Of a DNA stretch of 64,000 nt, positions 29,124 through 45,564 are shown in pieces. The stretch's first letter is position 1. Each line of letters starts with the position of its first letter. The notes below the pieces were generated by a model. It did no database searches, was not told the origin of the DNA, and saw nothing but the letters and a program-made list of their open reading frames with translations. Made by a program: the position numbers and the translations under genes. This DNA comes from Eledone cirrhosa (taxonomy: Eukaryota), in NCBI GenBank assembly GCA_964016885.1, contig OZ024758.1:28086001-28150000 (forward strand), given 5' to 3'.

Positions 29124-29450
29124 TGGAGGCACATGGCTTAGCGGTTAGAGCATTGGCCTTGCAATCGAAAGGTTGTGAGTTCAATTCTCAGACCTGGGTG
29201 ATGTGTTGTTTCCTTGAGCAAGGTACTATATTTCACATTGCTCCAGTTTACTCAGCTGTAGAAATGAGATGATTGGGACTGGGGTCCCTATCATTCCACT
29301 GTAGAGTGGTCGTGGAGGTGCCACGGCAAAAAAGCACCCAGCACTCACTGTAAATGAGGTTGGTGTTAGGAAGGGCATCCAGCTGTAGAAATCAAGCCAG
29401 AATCAGTTCCCGTCCCACCCTTGCAAGCAGGGAAAAGCGGACGTAAAATG
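29124..29450 (+). mobile_element. tRNA-derived CORE-like SINE family B (~330 bp). Copies at 13600-13926, 14425-14745, 32184-32530, 36960-37290, 49378-49703, 58443-58775
   Basis: tRNA-like head TGGCTTAG.GGTTAGAGC..GAGTTCAATTC, CORE-like CCTTGAGCAAG..CTCAGCTGTAGAAATG, and an RTE-derived tail with (TGA)n. Confidence 0.85.
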
Positions 29451-31029
29451 AAAAATATATATATATATATATATATATACATACACTCACATACATATAT
29501 ACACACTGGATACTTTTTGCCATATCATCAGCATGACAACCTTACAGAGTGGACCAAGTGCTTTTTGTCATGTCGCCAGCATGACTGCTTTATAGAGCAA
29601 GTAGTCTAGGTGTTCTTTGTAGTGTCATCAGCACAACCATCTTACAGGGTGGCTCAACTGCTTTGAGTTGTGATGGCAGGACTATTTATTGGAGAACAGG
29701 TGCAGAGTGTGTTCAGCATTCCAGGCTTGTATTCATGGGTTTGACAGGTGTAGCAGATGGTGTCGAAGGCAGGGAGGGGGGTTAAATGAGTATGTAGACT
29801 GCAGATGGGTGAGTATTAAGATGTGGGAGGGTGTATGGGCAGGGGAGAGTGAAGATTGGTGCTGACCAGTGTCCTAGATATATCATATATTAAAAGGCTG
29901 ATAAGTTCCAAGAAGCCAGTACAATGTGGTAGAAGTATATAAAGAGCAAACGATGACAAATAAAACAAAACAAAATAATATTTTACCCAGTATATGTGTC
30001 ATTATACTGACAAGGTGGCACATTGGCAAAGTCATTAGAATGCCTTGTGGTATTTGTTCTGGCTCTCTACTCTGAGTTCAAATCCTGCCGAGGTCAACTT
30101 AGCCTTTCATCTATTCGATGTTGATAAAAAAGTACCAGTCAAGTACTGGGGTGGATTCTTCCTATATATCTCTTTCTCATTTTCCTCTCACTCACTTTCT
30201 ATCTTTCTCTAGCAGAAATTTGCTGTACTCAAGCCCAGAGACAGATGGGCTCCACCAGGCTTAAAATGGCCAAGAAACACTATAGCTAAATACAGCGTCC
30301 CTACGACTATCAGGAGTTACGGGACCATACGTACATCATAGTGACAATGCTTAAAAGTATTGGTTACATTTGGTTATGTTCTGCATAAACCATACATCCT
30401 ACAGTGATTTGACAAAGATGAGTAGTATATATCACAGATAGATACAAAGTATGGGTTGGCATCCTGAAGGACATCCAGCCTTAGAAATACTACCGCCAAA
30501 AATTTCATTCAACTTATACCAGTATGGAAAAAAGGTAGGTAAAAAAGGTTATATACATGTACATACACATGCATGCACACACACAGTTGAAAAAGGGGGT
30601 AAAGTTCTATACAAAACAAAGGTTATAGTTAAAAAATGATGGTGAAAATGCACAGAAGTATATTTAACCCTTTAGCATTCACATTACTCCATATATACTA
30701 TTATATTTTCATGGTAAAGGCTTTATCTCACATAATTATCGCACATAATATCGAATCTATGAGATTTTGAAAGTATTTATTTTGAGAACAATACCTTAAC
30801 ATCAGTATGAGTGTCCAGTTACAGCCAGTTTCAACAGAAAAAGGTAGAGAATTCTGGCCAGTTTTGGCCGGTTTGAACATTAAAGGGTTAAAGAATATTT
30901 TTCTTAATCTGACAGAATGAATAATTTTATAATTATTGCACTTTCACCTTTTAACTATATAGATATGTACATATATCTATGTATATATGTAGATGTGTAT
31001 ATGTGTGTGTGTGTGTGTATCTATCTATC

Positions 31030-31077
<48 letters not shown>

Positions 31078-33054
31078 TGTATATATATGTATATATTTAT
31101 ATATGTGTGTGTGAGTAGATATATACACACAGATTAGAGGGAGAGAGGAAAAGTGAGGGGTACCATAAGTATATTTGTAACACAGCTCTTCATGTTTGAA
31201 TGTTAAATCACTTGATATTTTGAGGCATTTCTACTTTCTAACAGCTAATTATTAAAGTAGGCAGGCCGGGATAATGTTAGTTTTTCTAAGCTACGAGTCA
31301 AGGAGGGATTGATTGAGCTTTCGGCTTAAGTAGCTATAATCAGAATAATAAGGAAATACTATATTGAAGTATGAGTTTGGGGTGATTTAACATTAACATG
31401 AGTCTTCTGAAGAATTGGAAAGCTCAGCCAATTCCCCCTTACTACTTAGCTTAGGAAAATACCCTTCTTTTATTTTAACATAATCTGCCATTAGAAATAT
31501 CTGGGTAACGGATACAGTTGTGTATTTAACCCTTTAACATCTAAACCAGCCGTATCCGGCCAGAATCCTCACTTCCCTTTCTGTTCAAACCGACCGTAAC
31601 CGACCACTCATACTGATGTTAAGGTATTGTTTTCAATATAAATATCAAAATCGCATAAATTCAATATTATGCGAGATATTATGTGAGGTAATTATTTGAG
31701 ATAAAGCCTTTACCGAGTTAATACAATAGTAAATATAGAGGGTTAAGCAAACATATACACTTTAAAGTTACATTTTAGAACAGACCTTCAAATGCCCCCA
31801 CCATAACTCAAAATATGTATGGTCAGAAAGGAGAGTGAACCTATAATTTCAATTGATATACAAAAGTAGGAAGCATATTATAAGTGGTAGCATTCCTTCG
31901 ACAATTTTCTTTATACATTAAAAAACATACATGACAAAAATGAACATTACAAGTAATCCCATACATTATAAATAAATAGGGTGGGTTGGGGTCTCAATAT
32001 GTAAACTAATCGATTAATTCTGGTTTCTAAAAAAAATCAACAGAGACAACCTAGAAAAATTACAGATACCCGCCCAGCTTATCCCTCCCCTCCTGTTATT
32101 TGGGACACATGAGCAAGTGACAATCTATGTAAGAAAAAAATAGATGTTATTGATAATGATGGTGATAAATAAGATATACATATGGAGGCACATGTCTTAG
32201 TCGTTAGAGCATTGGGCTTGCAATCAAAAGGTTCAATTCTCAGACCGGGTGATGTGTTGTTCCTTGAGCAAGATACTTTATTTCACATTGCTCCAGTTTA
32301 CTCAGCTGTAGAAATGAGATGATTGGACTGGGGTCCCTATCATTCCACTGCAAAAAAGCACCCAGCCCACACTGTAAAGTGGTCGTGGAGGTGCCACGGC
32401 AAAAAAGCACCCAGCACTCACTGTAAATGAGGTTGGTGTTAGGAAGGGCATCCAGCTGTAGAAATCAAGCCAGAATCAGTTCCCGTCCCAGCCTTGCAAG
32501 CAGGGAAAAGCAGACATAAAATGATGATGATGTTGGTTTCATGAAAAGGCAGAAGAAATTGAACTGCATTTGTAAACCAAGATAATATGAATGGCTGAGA
32601 ACCTGGAGAATAACACTATTAGCTCTAGCATGGTTGGTTAGACTTTGTTCTTATTCATATCTACAAAAGCTTTAAGCTTTTGAACATATCACAGAAACAA
32701 GTGAGAACATGCTAACTATGTATGATTAGATTTAACAGAATGACACTTTCTTACAATAGCTGTCTTTAGAAAACTGTGCATCTGCTAACAAGGTTTTTGG
32801 TAAAAGGTTATGAGTGAGGGTGGCTAACTCTTCAAATTTACACACTCTGGTGCATTCTTATAGACTGTAAATGAGAAGTGGGCCTAGGCCTGTCTGAGAG
32901 CTCAAAAGCTCTGATTAAGTACTGACCAATAGCTCTGATTAAGTACTAATTGGTCTAATATGCGATGACTCATCAAATTCTTGCTAGCAGAGAAAACAGA
33001 CGTTAAATGTTGATGATGATGATGATGCTACATATCTTCATCAATTTATATAAA

Positions 33055-33320
33055 CTGTAGTATGCAAGAGAGAAGATTGCGTTGGTATGTGATGCGAATG
33101 GAAGATGACCGCTGGGTGAAGAAGTGCCAAGTAATCCCAGTGGAAGGAAGATGCAGTAGAGGAAGACCACAGGAAATATGGGCGGAGGTGGTGAGAGCTG
33201 ACCTCAGATCAATGAAGCTCACAGAGGAGATGGCAAAGGATCGTGACAAATGGAGAGATACTGAGGACCCATCCCACTCTTGCAAGCAGGGGAAAGTTGA
33301 CATAAAATGAAAATGATGAT
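33055..33320 (+). mobile_element. RTE LINE 3' fragment (same family as 28228)
   Basis: QERRLRWYVMRMEDDRWVKKC..GRP..W, with the same 3' tail. Confidence 0.85.
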
Positions 33321-33747
33321 AATCATCATTTTACATTCATTTTACATGCTGTCATGGGTTAGACATGTTGTCTTGATCCCAAGAATAGACAGGTCCGAAG
33401 ATTGAACCTCGCTCATGTTTCATTTTAGTATTGATTCTACTATTGGCTGCCCTTTGTAATGCCAACCACTTTACAGAGTATACAGGGTGCATTTTATAGT
33501 GGCACCAGCACTACCACATACAGAGTGTACTGGGTGCATTTTATCATGGCACCAGCATGACCACTTTACAGAGTGTACAGGGTGCATTTTATCACGGCAC
33601 CAGCACAACCACTTTACAGAGTGTACTGGGTGCATTTTATTGTGACACCAACACTACCAGTTTATAGTTTATGTTAATTTATTGATACAAAAACAAACTG
33701 TTCATTGTAATCTACTGCAGGAAGTATATAGTCTGATCCTCATTATC

Positions 33748-33990
33748 GGTGGTGGTGGTGGTGGTGGTGGTGTTGGTGGTGGTGGTGGTGGTGGTGTTGG
33801 TGGTGGTGTTGGTGGTGGTGTTGGTGGTGGTGGTGGTGGTGGTGGTGTTGGTGGTGGTGGTGGTGGTGGTGGTGGTGGTGGTGGTGGTGGTGTTGTTGGT
33901 GGTGGTGGTGGTGGTGGTGGTGGTGTTGGTGGTGTTGGTGGTGTTGGTGGTGGTGGTGGTGGTGGTGGTGGTGGTGGTGGTGGTGTTGGT
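33748..33990. repeat. (GGT/GTT)n microsatellite
   Basis: Direct inspection. Confidence 0.95.
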
Positions 33991-34381
33991 GTACTTGCTG
34001 ACGGCTGGGCGTTTCCCGCACATGGCCGCACTAATCGTTATAATATTTGTATCAGTAGAGCATCAGACACCATGCTTTTCAGCATAGAGTTATGGCCCTT
34101 TACGTTCCGAGTTCAAATCCCGCCAAAGTTAACTTTGCCTTTCATCCTTACGGAGTCAATAAAATAAAGCACCAGTAATGCACTGGGGTATTTGCTGGGC
34201 TTGTGCCAAAAGTAGAAACATGTATACTAACAGCTAAACTTTACACCCTGTCTCAACTAATGAAGTAGTAACAAAGGATTTTTGTTTTGCTTACATTACA
34301 GAGTCCAACTCCATTGTTTAGTCTGAGGTGAATCCATTACTGAGTCCAATATATACATATATATATACATATATATATATG

Positions 34382-34412
<31 letters not shown>

Positions 34413-34618
34413 GTATATACATATATATATATACATATATATATACACATATATATATACACATATATATATATACACACATATATATATACACACATAT
34501 ATATATACACACATATATATACATACACATATATACATATACACATATATATATATACACATATATATATATATTCATATATATATATACATATATATAT
34601 ATACATATATATATATAC

Positions 34619-34665
<47 letters not shown>

Positions 34666-34816
34666 CATATATACATATATATATATACATATATATATAT
34701 ACATATATATATATACATATATATATATACATATATATATATACATATATATATATACATATACATATATACATATATATATATATACATATATATATAT
34801 ACATATATATATATAC

Positions 34817-34867
<51 letters not shown>

Positions 34868-35104
34868 CATATACATATATATACATATACATATATATAC
34901 ATATACATATATACATATATACATATACATATATACATATATATATATACATATATATATATACATATATATATATACATATATATATATACATATACAT
35001 ATATATACATATACATATATATACATATATATATATACATATATATATATACATATATATATATACATATATATATATACATATATATATATACATATAT
35101 ATAC

Positions 35105-35192
<88 letters not shown>

Positions 35193-35194
35193 AT

Positions 35195-35225
<31 letters not shown>

Positions 35226-35779
35226 CGTTATTCCGGGTTGAATCGGAGGTAACCACAGTAAGTAAGGTACTCAATACATAGCAGAGTATAACAGTTTATC
35301 TCATCTATATTAAAACTATATATATATATATATATACAAATATATATATATATACAAATATATATATATATACAAATATATATATATACACAAATATATA
35401 TATACATATATACATATATACAAATATATATATATACAAATATATATATATACAAATATATATATATACAAATATATATATATACAAATATATATATATA
35501 TATACAAATATATATATATATATACAAATATATATATATATATACAAATATATATATATATACAAATATATATATATATACAAATATATATATATATACA
35601 AATATATATATATATACAAATATATATATATATACAAATATATATATATATACAAATATATATATATATACAAATATATATATATATACAAATATATATA
35701 TATATACAAATATATATATATATACAAATATATATATATATACACAAATATATATACACAAATATATATATATATACAA

Positions 35780-35810
<31 letters not shown>

Positions 35811-35813
35811 CAA

Positions 35814-35844
<31 letters not shown>

Positions 35845-36071
35845 CATACATATATATATACATATATATATATATATGTAGATGCACCAAGCCCAAATGA
35901 AACAAATGAAACAAAATTTAATTTCGTTTCGTTATTTGTTTTTATCGTCTCCGTTGAACCGGTACTTACTCACACTCTATGCAAATTAGTATGCCCACTA
36001 CTAATTTTCATAGAAAAAGCATATAACGATATGTGCTTTTACGATTCTCTAGAGAGGCCGGAAGATAGGTA

Positions 36072-36116
36072 AATATTGCTGATGAGTTGTAACAACAACG
36101 AAACTAGTTCAATATT
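36072..36116 (+). ncRNA. Minimal hammerhead ribozyme motif (family H3), cleanest copy
   Basis: AATATTG-CTGATGA-GTTG-TAACAA-CAAC-GAAA-CTAG-TT-CAATATT. Perfect 7-bp stem I, 4-bp stem II with G-C closing pair, palindromic stem III AACTAGTT. Confidence 0.8.
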
Positions 36117-36400
36117 CCTTGTCTGGCTTTCTGGAGAGTGGAGGAGGGGTGTTTCCTCAAGGGCCGGTATGACTCTAGAAACCGGTTTGTCTGTGTGTTT
36201 ACATACAGAGTAGCTGGCCACTCACAGTGGAGTGACCAGTGGAGGGGCTTGGTGCATCTACATATGTATGCGTGTGTGTATTCATATACATACTAGTGTT
36301 TCAGTGTACATATATGGATGTACATCTTTAACTTATATATATATACATATATATATATACATATATATATATATACATATATATATATACATATATATAC

Positions 36401-36447
<47 letters not shown>

Positions 36448-36506
36448 CATATATATATATACATATATATATATATACATATATATATATACATATATAT
36501 ATATAC

Positions 36507-36569
<63 letters not shown>

Positions 36570-36580
36570 CATATATATAC

Positions 36581-36613
<33 letters not shown>

Positions 36614-36766
36614 CATATATATACATATATATACATATATATATATATATACATATATATACATATATATACATATACATATATATACATATATATACAT
36701 ATACATATATATACATATATATACATATATATATATATACATATATATACATATACATATATATAC

Positions 36767-36849
<83 letters not shown>

Positions 36850-36862
36850 CATATATATATAC

Positions 36863-36946
<84 letters not shown>

Positions 36947-37363
36947 CATCATCATTTCATCATTTCATTTTACGTCCACTTTTCCCTGCTTGCAAGGGTG
37001 GGACAGGAACTGATGCTGGCTTGATTTCTACAGCTGGATGCCCTTCCTAACACCAACTTCATTTACAGTGTGGGCTGGGTGCTCTTTTGCCGTGGCACCT
37101 CCACGACCACTTTGCAGTGGAATGATAGGGACCCCAGTCCCTATCATCTCATTTCTACAGCTGAGTAAACTGGAGCAATGTGAAATAAAGTGTCTTGCTC
37201 AAGGAAACAACACATCACCCGGTCTGAGAATTGAACTCACAACCTTTCGATTGCAAGGCCAATGCTCTAACCACTAAGCCATGTGCCTCCATGTGATGTA
37301 GCAGCTTCTTCCTGGGCGGAAGCCATGTTGCGTGCTAGTCAGGCGGTCATTTTCCTATATATG

Positions 37364-37541
<178 letters not shown>

Positions 37542-37588
37542 CATATATACATATATATATATATACATATATATATATACATATATAG

Positions 37589-38968
37589 GAAAATGACCGC
37601 CTGACTAGCACGCAACATGGCTTCCGCCCAGGAAGAAGCTGCCTTACGCAGCTGCTACATCACTACGACTGGGTACTGAGACAACTACTAGACAGCCCAC
37701 ATGTGGACGTGATATATCTTGACTTTGCGAAGGCCTTTGACAAGGTCGACCACGGAATGATATGTCACAAACTACACGGACTCGGCATAACTGGAAAAGT
37801 AGGCGAGTGGCTGCATGGCTTTCTAAGGGACAGAAGCCAGGCAATCGCAGCAAATGGGGCCCTCTCGAGGGAAACACCGATAACAAGTGGGGTGCCCCAG
37901 GGGACAGTCCTGGGACCACTACTGTTTTTGGTGGCTCTCTCGGACATGCCCTCTGTGGTGCATGCAACAACATCCCTCACTAGCTATGCTGATGACACTA
38001 AGGTAGCACAGGCAATCAAAAACCGGGCTGACGCTGCCCTCTTACAGCAGGATCTGGATGCCATATACAAATGGGCGGAAGAAAACAACATGCAGTTTAA
38101 TGCTGGCAAATTCCAAGCCCTACAATACAAACCTGCAAACACAAATATAGTGGAACACAGCTACACAGGACCAGGAGGGACCGATATCCCCGTGTCAAAA
38201 TCGATACGAGACCTGGGCATAGACATGAGCGATGATGCATCTTTTTCTTCACACATCATGAAAGTGGCGACAATGTGCAGACGACTCGCTGGCTGGATCT
38301 TGAGGACTTTCCGGACAAGAGATCGAGACACCATGCTGACACTGTGGAGGACTTTTGTCCTAAGCCGCCTGGACTACTGCTCCCAGTTGTGGTCACCCCA
38401 TAGTGTCAAACTAACCACGGAGCTTGAGGCAATCCAGCGAAGCTACACCAAGAGGATTGCCAAGATGAGGGAGACAAGCTACTGGGAGAGGCTAAAGGAA
38501 CTGAACCTCTACTCCTTGGAGCGAAGACGGGAGAGATATGCAGTGATCTACATGTGGAAAATCCTGGAGGGACTAGCACCAAACTTTGGCATTGGGAGCT
38601 GGACCAACCGTCGAACAGGACGTCACTGTGTGGTGCCAAAGGTCCCGTCTTCCACATCTAAAATAAGGAGCAGGTATTGCAATAGCCTGGGATTCAAGGG
38701 CCCTCAACTCTTCAACAGGCTGCCGAGGCATCTGAGAGATTTGCATGACGTGGAAGTGGATGTCTTTAAGAAACATCTCGACATCTTGTTATCCAGGATC
38801 CCGGATGAGCCCACAGCAAGACACGAGGGAAACCTAAGGGCAGCAGCAACAAACTCCCTCTTACACCAGTGGCCAACCTATACAGGCTGGAGATAAAATG
38901 TGTAGCAACAAGGGCGGTGCCCCAGCATGGCCTCAGCCGGATGACAAACAGGTAAAAGAGTAAAAGAG
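37589..38968 (+). mobile_element. 5'-truncated CR1-group LINE with an uninterrupted RT-domain ORF (to 38896)
   Basis: [61 protein letters not shown] and LYSLERRRER motifs. Short 3' UTR ending in (GTAAAAGA)2. No stops, which suggests a young copy. Confidence 0.92.
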
Positions 38969-39081
38969 TATACATATACAAATATATATACATACACATA
39001 TACAAATATATATATATACATATACAAATATACATATATATACATATATATATATACATACAAATATATACATATATATAC

Positions 39082-39112
<31 letters not shown>

Positions 39113-39119
39113 CATATAC

Positions 39120-39152
<33 letters not shown>

Positions 39153-39283
39153 CATATACATATATATATATATACATATACATATACAAATATATATATA
39201 TATACATATACAAATATATATATATATACATATACAAATATATATATATACATATACAAATATATATATATATACATATACAA

Positions 39284-39316
<33 letters not shown>

Positions 39317-40531
39317 CATATACAAATATATATATATACATATACAAATATATATATATACATATACAAATATATATATATACATATATATATACAAATA
39401 TATATATATACATATATATATACAAATATATATATATACATATATATATATACAAATATATATACAAATATATATATATACATATATATATATACATATA
39501 TATATACAAATATATATATATACATATATATATACAAATATATATATATACATATATATATACAAATATATATATATACATATATATATACAAATATATA
39601 TATATACATATATATATACAAATATATATATATACAAATATATATATATACATATATATATACATATATATACACATATCTATATACACATATATATATA
39701 TACATATATATATACACATATATATATATACACATATATATACACATATATATATATATATACATATATATATACATATATATACATATATATACATATA
39801 TATACATATATATACACATATATATATACATATATATATACATATATATATACATATATATAGACATATATATACATATATATAGACATATATATACATA
39901 TATATACACATATATATATATACATATATATACACATATATATATATACATATATATACACATATATATATATACATATATACACACATATATATATATA
40001 CATATATACACACATATATATATATACATATATACACACATATATATATATACATATATACACATATATATATATACATATATACACACATATATATATA
40101 CATATATACACACATATATATACATATATACACACATATATACACACATATATATATACATATATACACACATATATATATACATATATACACACATATA
40201 TATATACATATATACACACATATATATATACATATATACACACATATATATATACATATATACACACATATATATATACATATATACACACATATATATA
40301 TACATATATACACACATATATATATACATATATATATACATATATACACACATATATATACATATATACACACATATATATATACATATATACACACATA
40401 TATATATACATATATATATACATATATACACACATATATATACATATATACATATATATATACATATACATACACATATATATACATACACATATACATA
40501 TACATATATATATATACACATATATATACAA

Positions 40532-40562
<31 letters not shown>

Positions 40563-40749
40563 TATACATATATATACACATATATATACATACACATATA
40601 TATACATATACATATATATACATATACATACATATACATATACAAATATATACACATATATATATACATACACATATATATATACATATATATATACATA
40701 CACATATATATATACATACACATATATATATATACACATATATATACAA

Positions 40750-40780
<31 letters not shown>

Positions 40781-40889
40781 TATACATATATATACACATA
40801 TATATACACATATATATACATACACATATATATACATACACATATATATACATACACATATATATACATACATATATATATATATACAC

Positions 40890-40924
<35 letters not shown>

Positions 40925-41944
40925 CACATATATATATATACACATATATATATATACACATATATATATATATACACATATATATACACATATATATATA
41001 TACACATATATATACACATATATATATATACACATATATATACACATATATATATATACACATATATATATATATACACATATATATATATATACACATA
41101 TATATATATATATATATACACATATATATATATACACATATATATATACACATATATATATATATATACACATATATATATATATATATACACATATATA
41201 TATATATATATACACATATATATATATATATATACACATATATATATATATATATATACACATATATATATATATACACATATATATATATATATACACA
41301 TATATATATATATATACACATATATATATATACACATATATATATATACACATATATATATATACACATATATATATATACACATATATATATATACACA
41401 TATATATATATACACATATATATATATACACATATATATATATACACATATATATATATACACATATATATATATATACACATATATATATATATACACA
41501 TATATATATATATACACATATATATATATATACACATATATATATATATACACATATATATATATATACACATATATATATATATACACATATATATATA
41601 TATACACATATATATATATATACACATATATATATATATATACACATATATATATATATATACACATATATATATATACACATATATATACATATATATA
41701 CACATATATACATATATATATACACATATATATACACATATATACATATATATATACACATATATACATATATATATACACATATATACATATATATACA
41801 TATATATATATACATATATATACATATATATACATATATATATATACATATATATACATATATATACACGTATATATATATACACATATATATACATATA
41901 TATATACACATATATATACACATATATACACATATACATTCTGT

Positions 41945-42590
41945 TTAGAAAGAATGATGGAATAACAACAACACCCAAACAAACAACACTAACCTAAGAG
42001 AAGTATAAATAAATAAATAAATAGATAAATAAATAAATACATACACAAGCACAATAACAACAAACACATATAAACACACACTAGTAAAGATAGAACACAT
42101 TAACCAATACACAGTCACCCAATCACGAACACACATCAAACAAAACACTATACACACACGCAAACGCATGCGCAAAGAAGACAAAATAAAATAAACAAAC
42201 AAATAAATAAATAAATAAATAAATAAACAGACTAAATAAAGATGGCGTAGAAATACAATGCAACGGGAGGAAACAATAGCACCACTGACGATGTTGCAGA
42301 TGTGCAACGAAAGAACTTTGATAAACTATATATATGTGTTTGTGTCTATATTGTATCTGTATTTTTGACCGTTGGTCAGTCAATGGCAACATTGAGGACC
42401 GAATAAATTAAATTAACCAATATAAAAGACACAGAAGCGAAAAGCGAAAACCAACCAAACAGTGAGTGTGTTCTGTTATTAATTCTGGCAATATTACACA
42501 AATATGACCCTCCCCAAGTATAACAATATTTGTTTCGACACACGATTTGATATAAAAAACCTCACAAAACTAATTCATCGCCGTTACATA
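41945..42590 (+). mobile_element. 3' part of the same Penelope family, with a hammerhead-like motif at 42281-42322
   Basis: Homologous to the reverse complement of ~26870-27400. Motif CTGACGA-T-GTTGCA-GATG-TGCAAC-GAAA. Embedded between TA-rich tracts. Confidence 0.65.
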
Positions 42591-42964
42591 TACATACATA
42601 TATATACATATACATACATATATATATATACATGCATATATATATAACACACACACACATATATATATATATAACACACACACACACATATATATAACAC
42701 ACACACACACACACATATATATAACACACACACACATATATATATATATATAACACACACACACATATATATATAAATAACACACACACATATATATATA
42801 TATAACACACACACATATATATATATATAACACACACACACATATATATATATAACACACACACACATATATATATAACACACACACACATATATATATA
42901 TATATAACACACACACACACACATATATATATATAACACACACACACACACATATATATATATA

Positions 42965-43011
<47 letters not shown>

Positions 43012-43040
43012 ACACACACACATATATTTATATATATATA

Positions 43041-43108
<68 letters not shown>

Positions 43109-43274
43109 ACACACACACACACACATATATTTATATATATATAACACACACACATATACACATATATATATAACACACACATATACACATATATATATAT
43201 ATATAACACACACACATATATATATATATAACACATATATATATATATATATAACACACACATATATATATATA

Positions 43275-43306
<32 letters not shown>

Positions 43307-44024
43307 CACACACATATATATATATATATATAACATATATATATATATACCCTGCCAGATTATTTATTATGGACACATGTAACGTAGGCAATTAAGTTAT
43401 TTCACTGACATTCATAGATTTAGATCTTCTAACCCTTCCCTCCTAGCAAATCCAGGTATATCCTTTCATACCTTAGTCTCAATATATAGATATATTACTC
43501 ATACAATAACCACCAAACTGCTCTTTATATTTCTATCTATTCCTCATACGATAATCACTATGTTGTCTGTCTCTCTCTCTCGCTCTCTCTGATGCTGCCA
43601 TGACGACTTGGGATGAGGAGATAAAGCTGACATTGCCCAATTGGACCTCACAAAGGCGATGACACGGGACTGAGATCTTTGCCGTTATGAAGTAATACAG
43701 AAGACCCAACTTCCAACGGGCACAGGCCGAAGGTGAAGCATATATATATGGTATGCAACATCCCACCCCACCCACTCTCATATACCGCCCATGAGGACAG
43801 GCTGAAGTATTCATCTAGTGAAGCCTCCAGCCCACACTGTAAAATGTTTGTGTAGGTGTCACAACAAAAAGCACCCAGTGCTCACTGTAAATGAGGTTGG
43901 TGTTAGGAAGGGCATCCAGCTGTAGAAACCAAGCTAAAATCAGTTCTGTATGAGTAAAACATGGTCACCTGACTTGGCATTGCTCACAATAGGGTAACTC
44001 GACTAACACATGGAAAACTGGACG

Positions 44025-44253
44025 TTAACCCTTTAGCATTCACATTACTCTATATATACTATTATATTTTCATGGTAAAAGCTTTACCTCGCATAATTAT
44101 CTCACATAATATCGAATCTATGAGATTTTGAAAGTATTTATTTTGAGAACAATACCTTAACATCAGAATGAGTGGCCAATTACAGCCAGTTTCAACAGAA
44201 AATGGTAGAGAATTCTGGCCGGTTTTGGCCGGTTTGAACATTAAAAGGGTTAA
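44025..44253 (+). mobile_element. piggyBac-type MITE (~225 bp). Other copies near 3038-3240, 7530-7752, 17478-17675, 19385-19600, 21915-22113, 30664-30891, 31526-31746, 44763-44948, 48760-48970, 57066-57202
   Basis: Termini TTAA-CCCTTT ... AAAGGG-TTAA. This copy splits the TTAA of a SINE tail (GGACG-TTAA-ACAGTGATG), which shows the TTAA TSD directly. Confidence 0.85.
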
Positions 44254-45564
44254 ACAGTGATGATGATGATGACATGTATATAGTGTGAATTACTAGATGA
44301 AATAACCATGAACATTTAATAAAAGTGTGAGATCTAGCAAAGTTGGTAGAGTAAACAAAGACATTTTAATTAGAAACCGAGTGCAGAGAGGAGTAGCGAT
44401 CTTTAGCAATTTGACCTTTCATGATCAGTAGCCTTGTTTTACTTTTCATCAGAATAAGGACATACATATGTGCATGTGTGTGTATATATATAGCTAGATA
44501 GATATGTATGTGTATATGGAACTAGCCGTCGAAATGGCAATACCTCAGCCATCAGGCCCCGACTCTTTCTAATATATACACACACACACATATATTACAG
44601 GGTTGCTTAGTTCTTTGAGGACATTTGCATGAATTTAGCAAAAGACACATAAACCATGAAAAAAGAGTATTATTTGAAAAAATAATGGCATGAATAATCT
44701 TGACACATTCTACTTAACAATTCCACTGTTAACAGCAAAGACTGCTTCAAATTTATTTTCCTTTAACCCTTTAGCATTCACATTACTCTATATATACTAT
44801 TATATTTTCATGGTAAAGGCTTTATCTCACATAATTATCTCACATAATATCGAATCTATGAGATTTTGAAAGTATTTATTTTGAGAACAATACCTTAACA
44901 TCAGTATGAGCGACCAGTTACAGCCAGTTTGAACACTAAAGGGTTAAACATTGTAACTTCTGGGACGAGGTGATAAAAGATGACCTTCCACAATTTCACC
45001 TCTCAAAGATAATTGTTTCTACTTTTGGCACAAGGCCAGCAATTATCCCAGTGCATTACTGGTACTTTATTTTATCGACCCTGTAAGGATGAAAGGCAAA
45101 GTTAACCTCGGTGGGATTTTAACTCAGACCATGAAGGCCCGTGTCTCTATGCTGCAAAGCATGGCGTCCGACCCTCTACTGGAGATCTTTGGTCACATTT
45201 TTAATAATACCTTTGCAAGCAAACATGCATACACATATCTGATACATAATATCACACAATTCAACTGTGTTTATTTGTTCTTCATGTATTGTCATATAAC
45301 TTCAATGAAAGTTATATTTAATAAATTAGAAACACACCGGCTTTGTGTTATTGTGGTTTATATATTTCATTTCCTATGTGATCAGGGTAAATCACTTACC
45401 CAAGCAACCATCACATCATCATCATAATGAACACTGTTACTTGCACACCTGCAATCTCTGGTCACACTGTATCAAACACACTAATCTTCCTTCACACCAC
45501 TGAGCAATCCTCAAGTGAGTACACACACAACTAAATCAACACCACAACAACACCATCCTTGCTC

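Noticed and set aside
29124-29200. tRNA genes at SINE heads
   Set aside because: A/B boxes are present but continue into SINE bodies, and no clean cloverleaf was seen.
33682-34167. Poly-Gly/Pro/His/Thr ORFs
   Set aside because: (GGT)n microsatellite.
38766-41982. ORFs of more than 1000 aa rich in Y/I/C/V/M, and similar ORFs at 34296-37618 and 42562-43391
   Set aside because: Translations of (TA)/(CA) microsatellites that lack stop codons.
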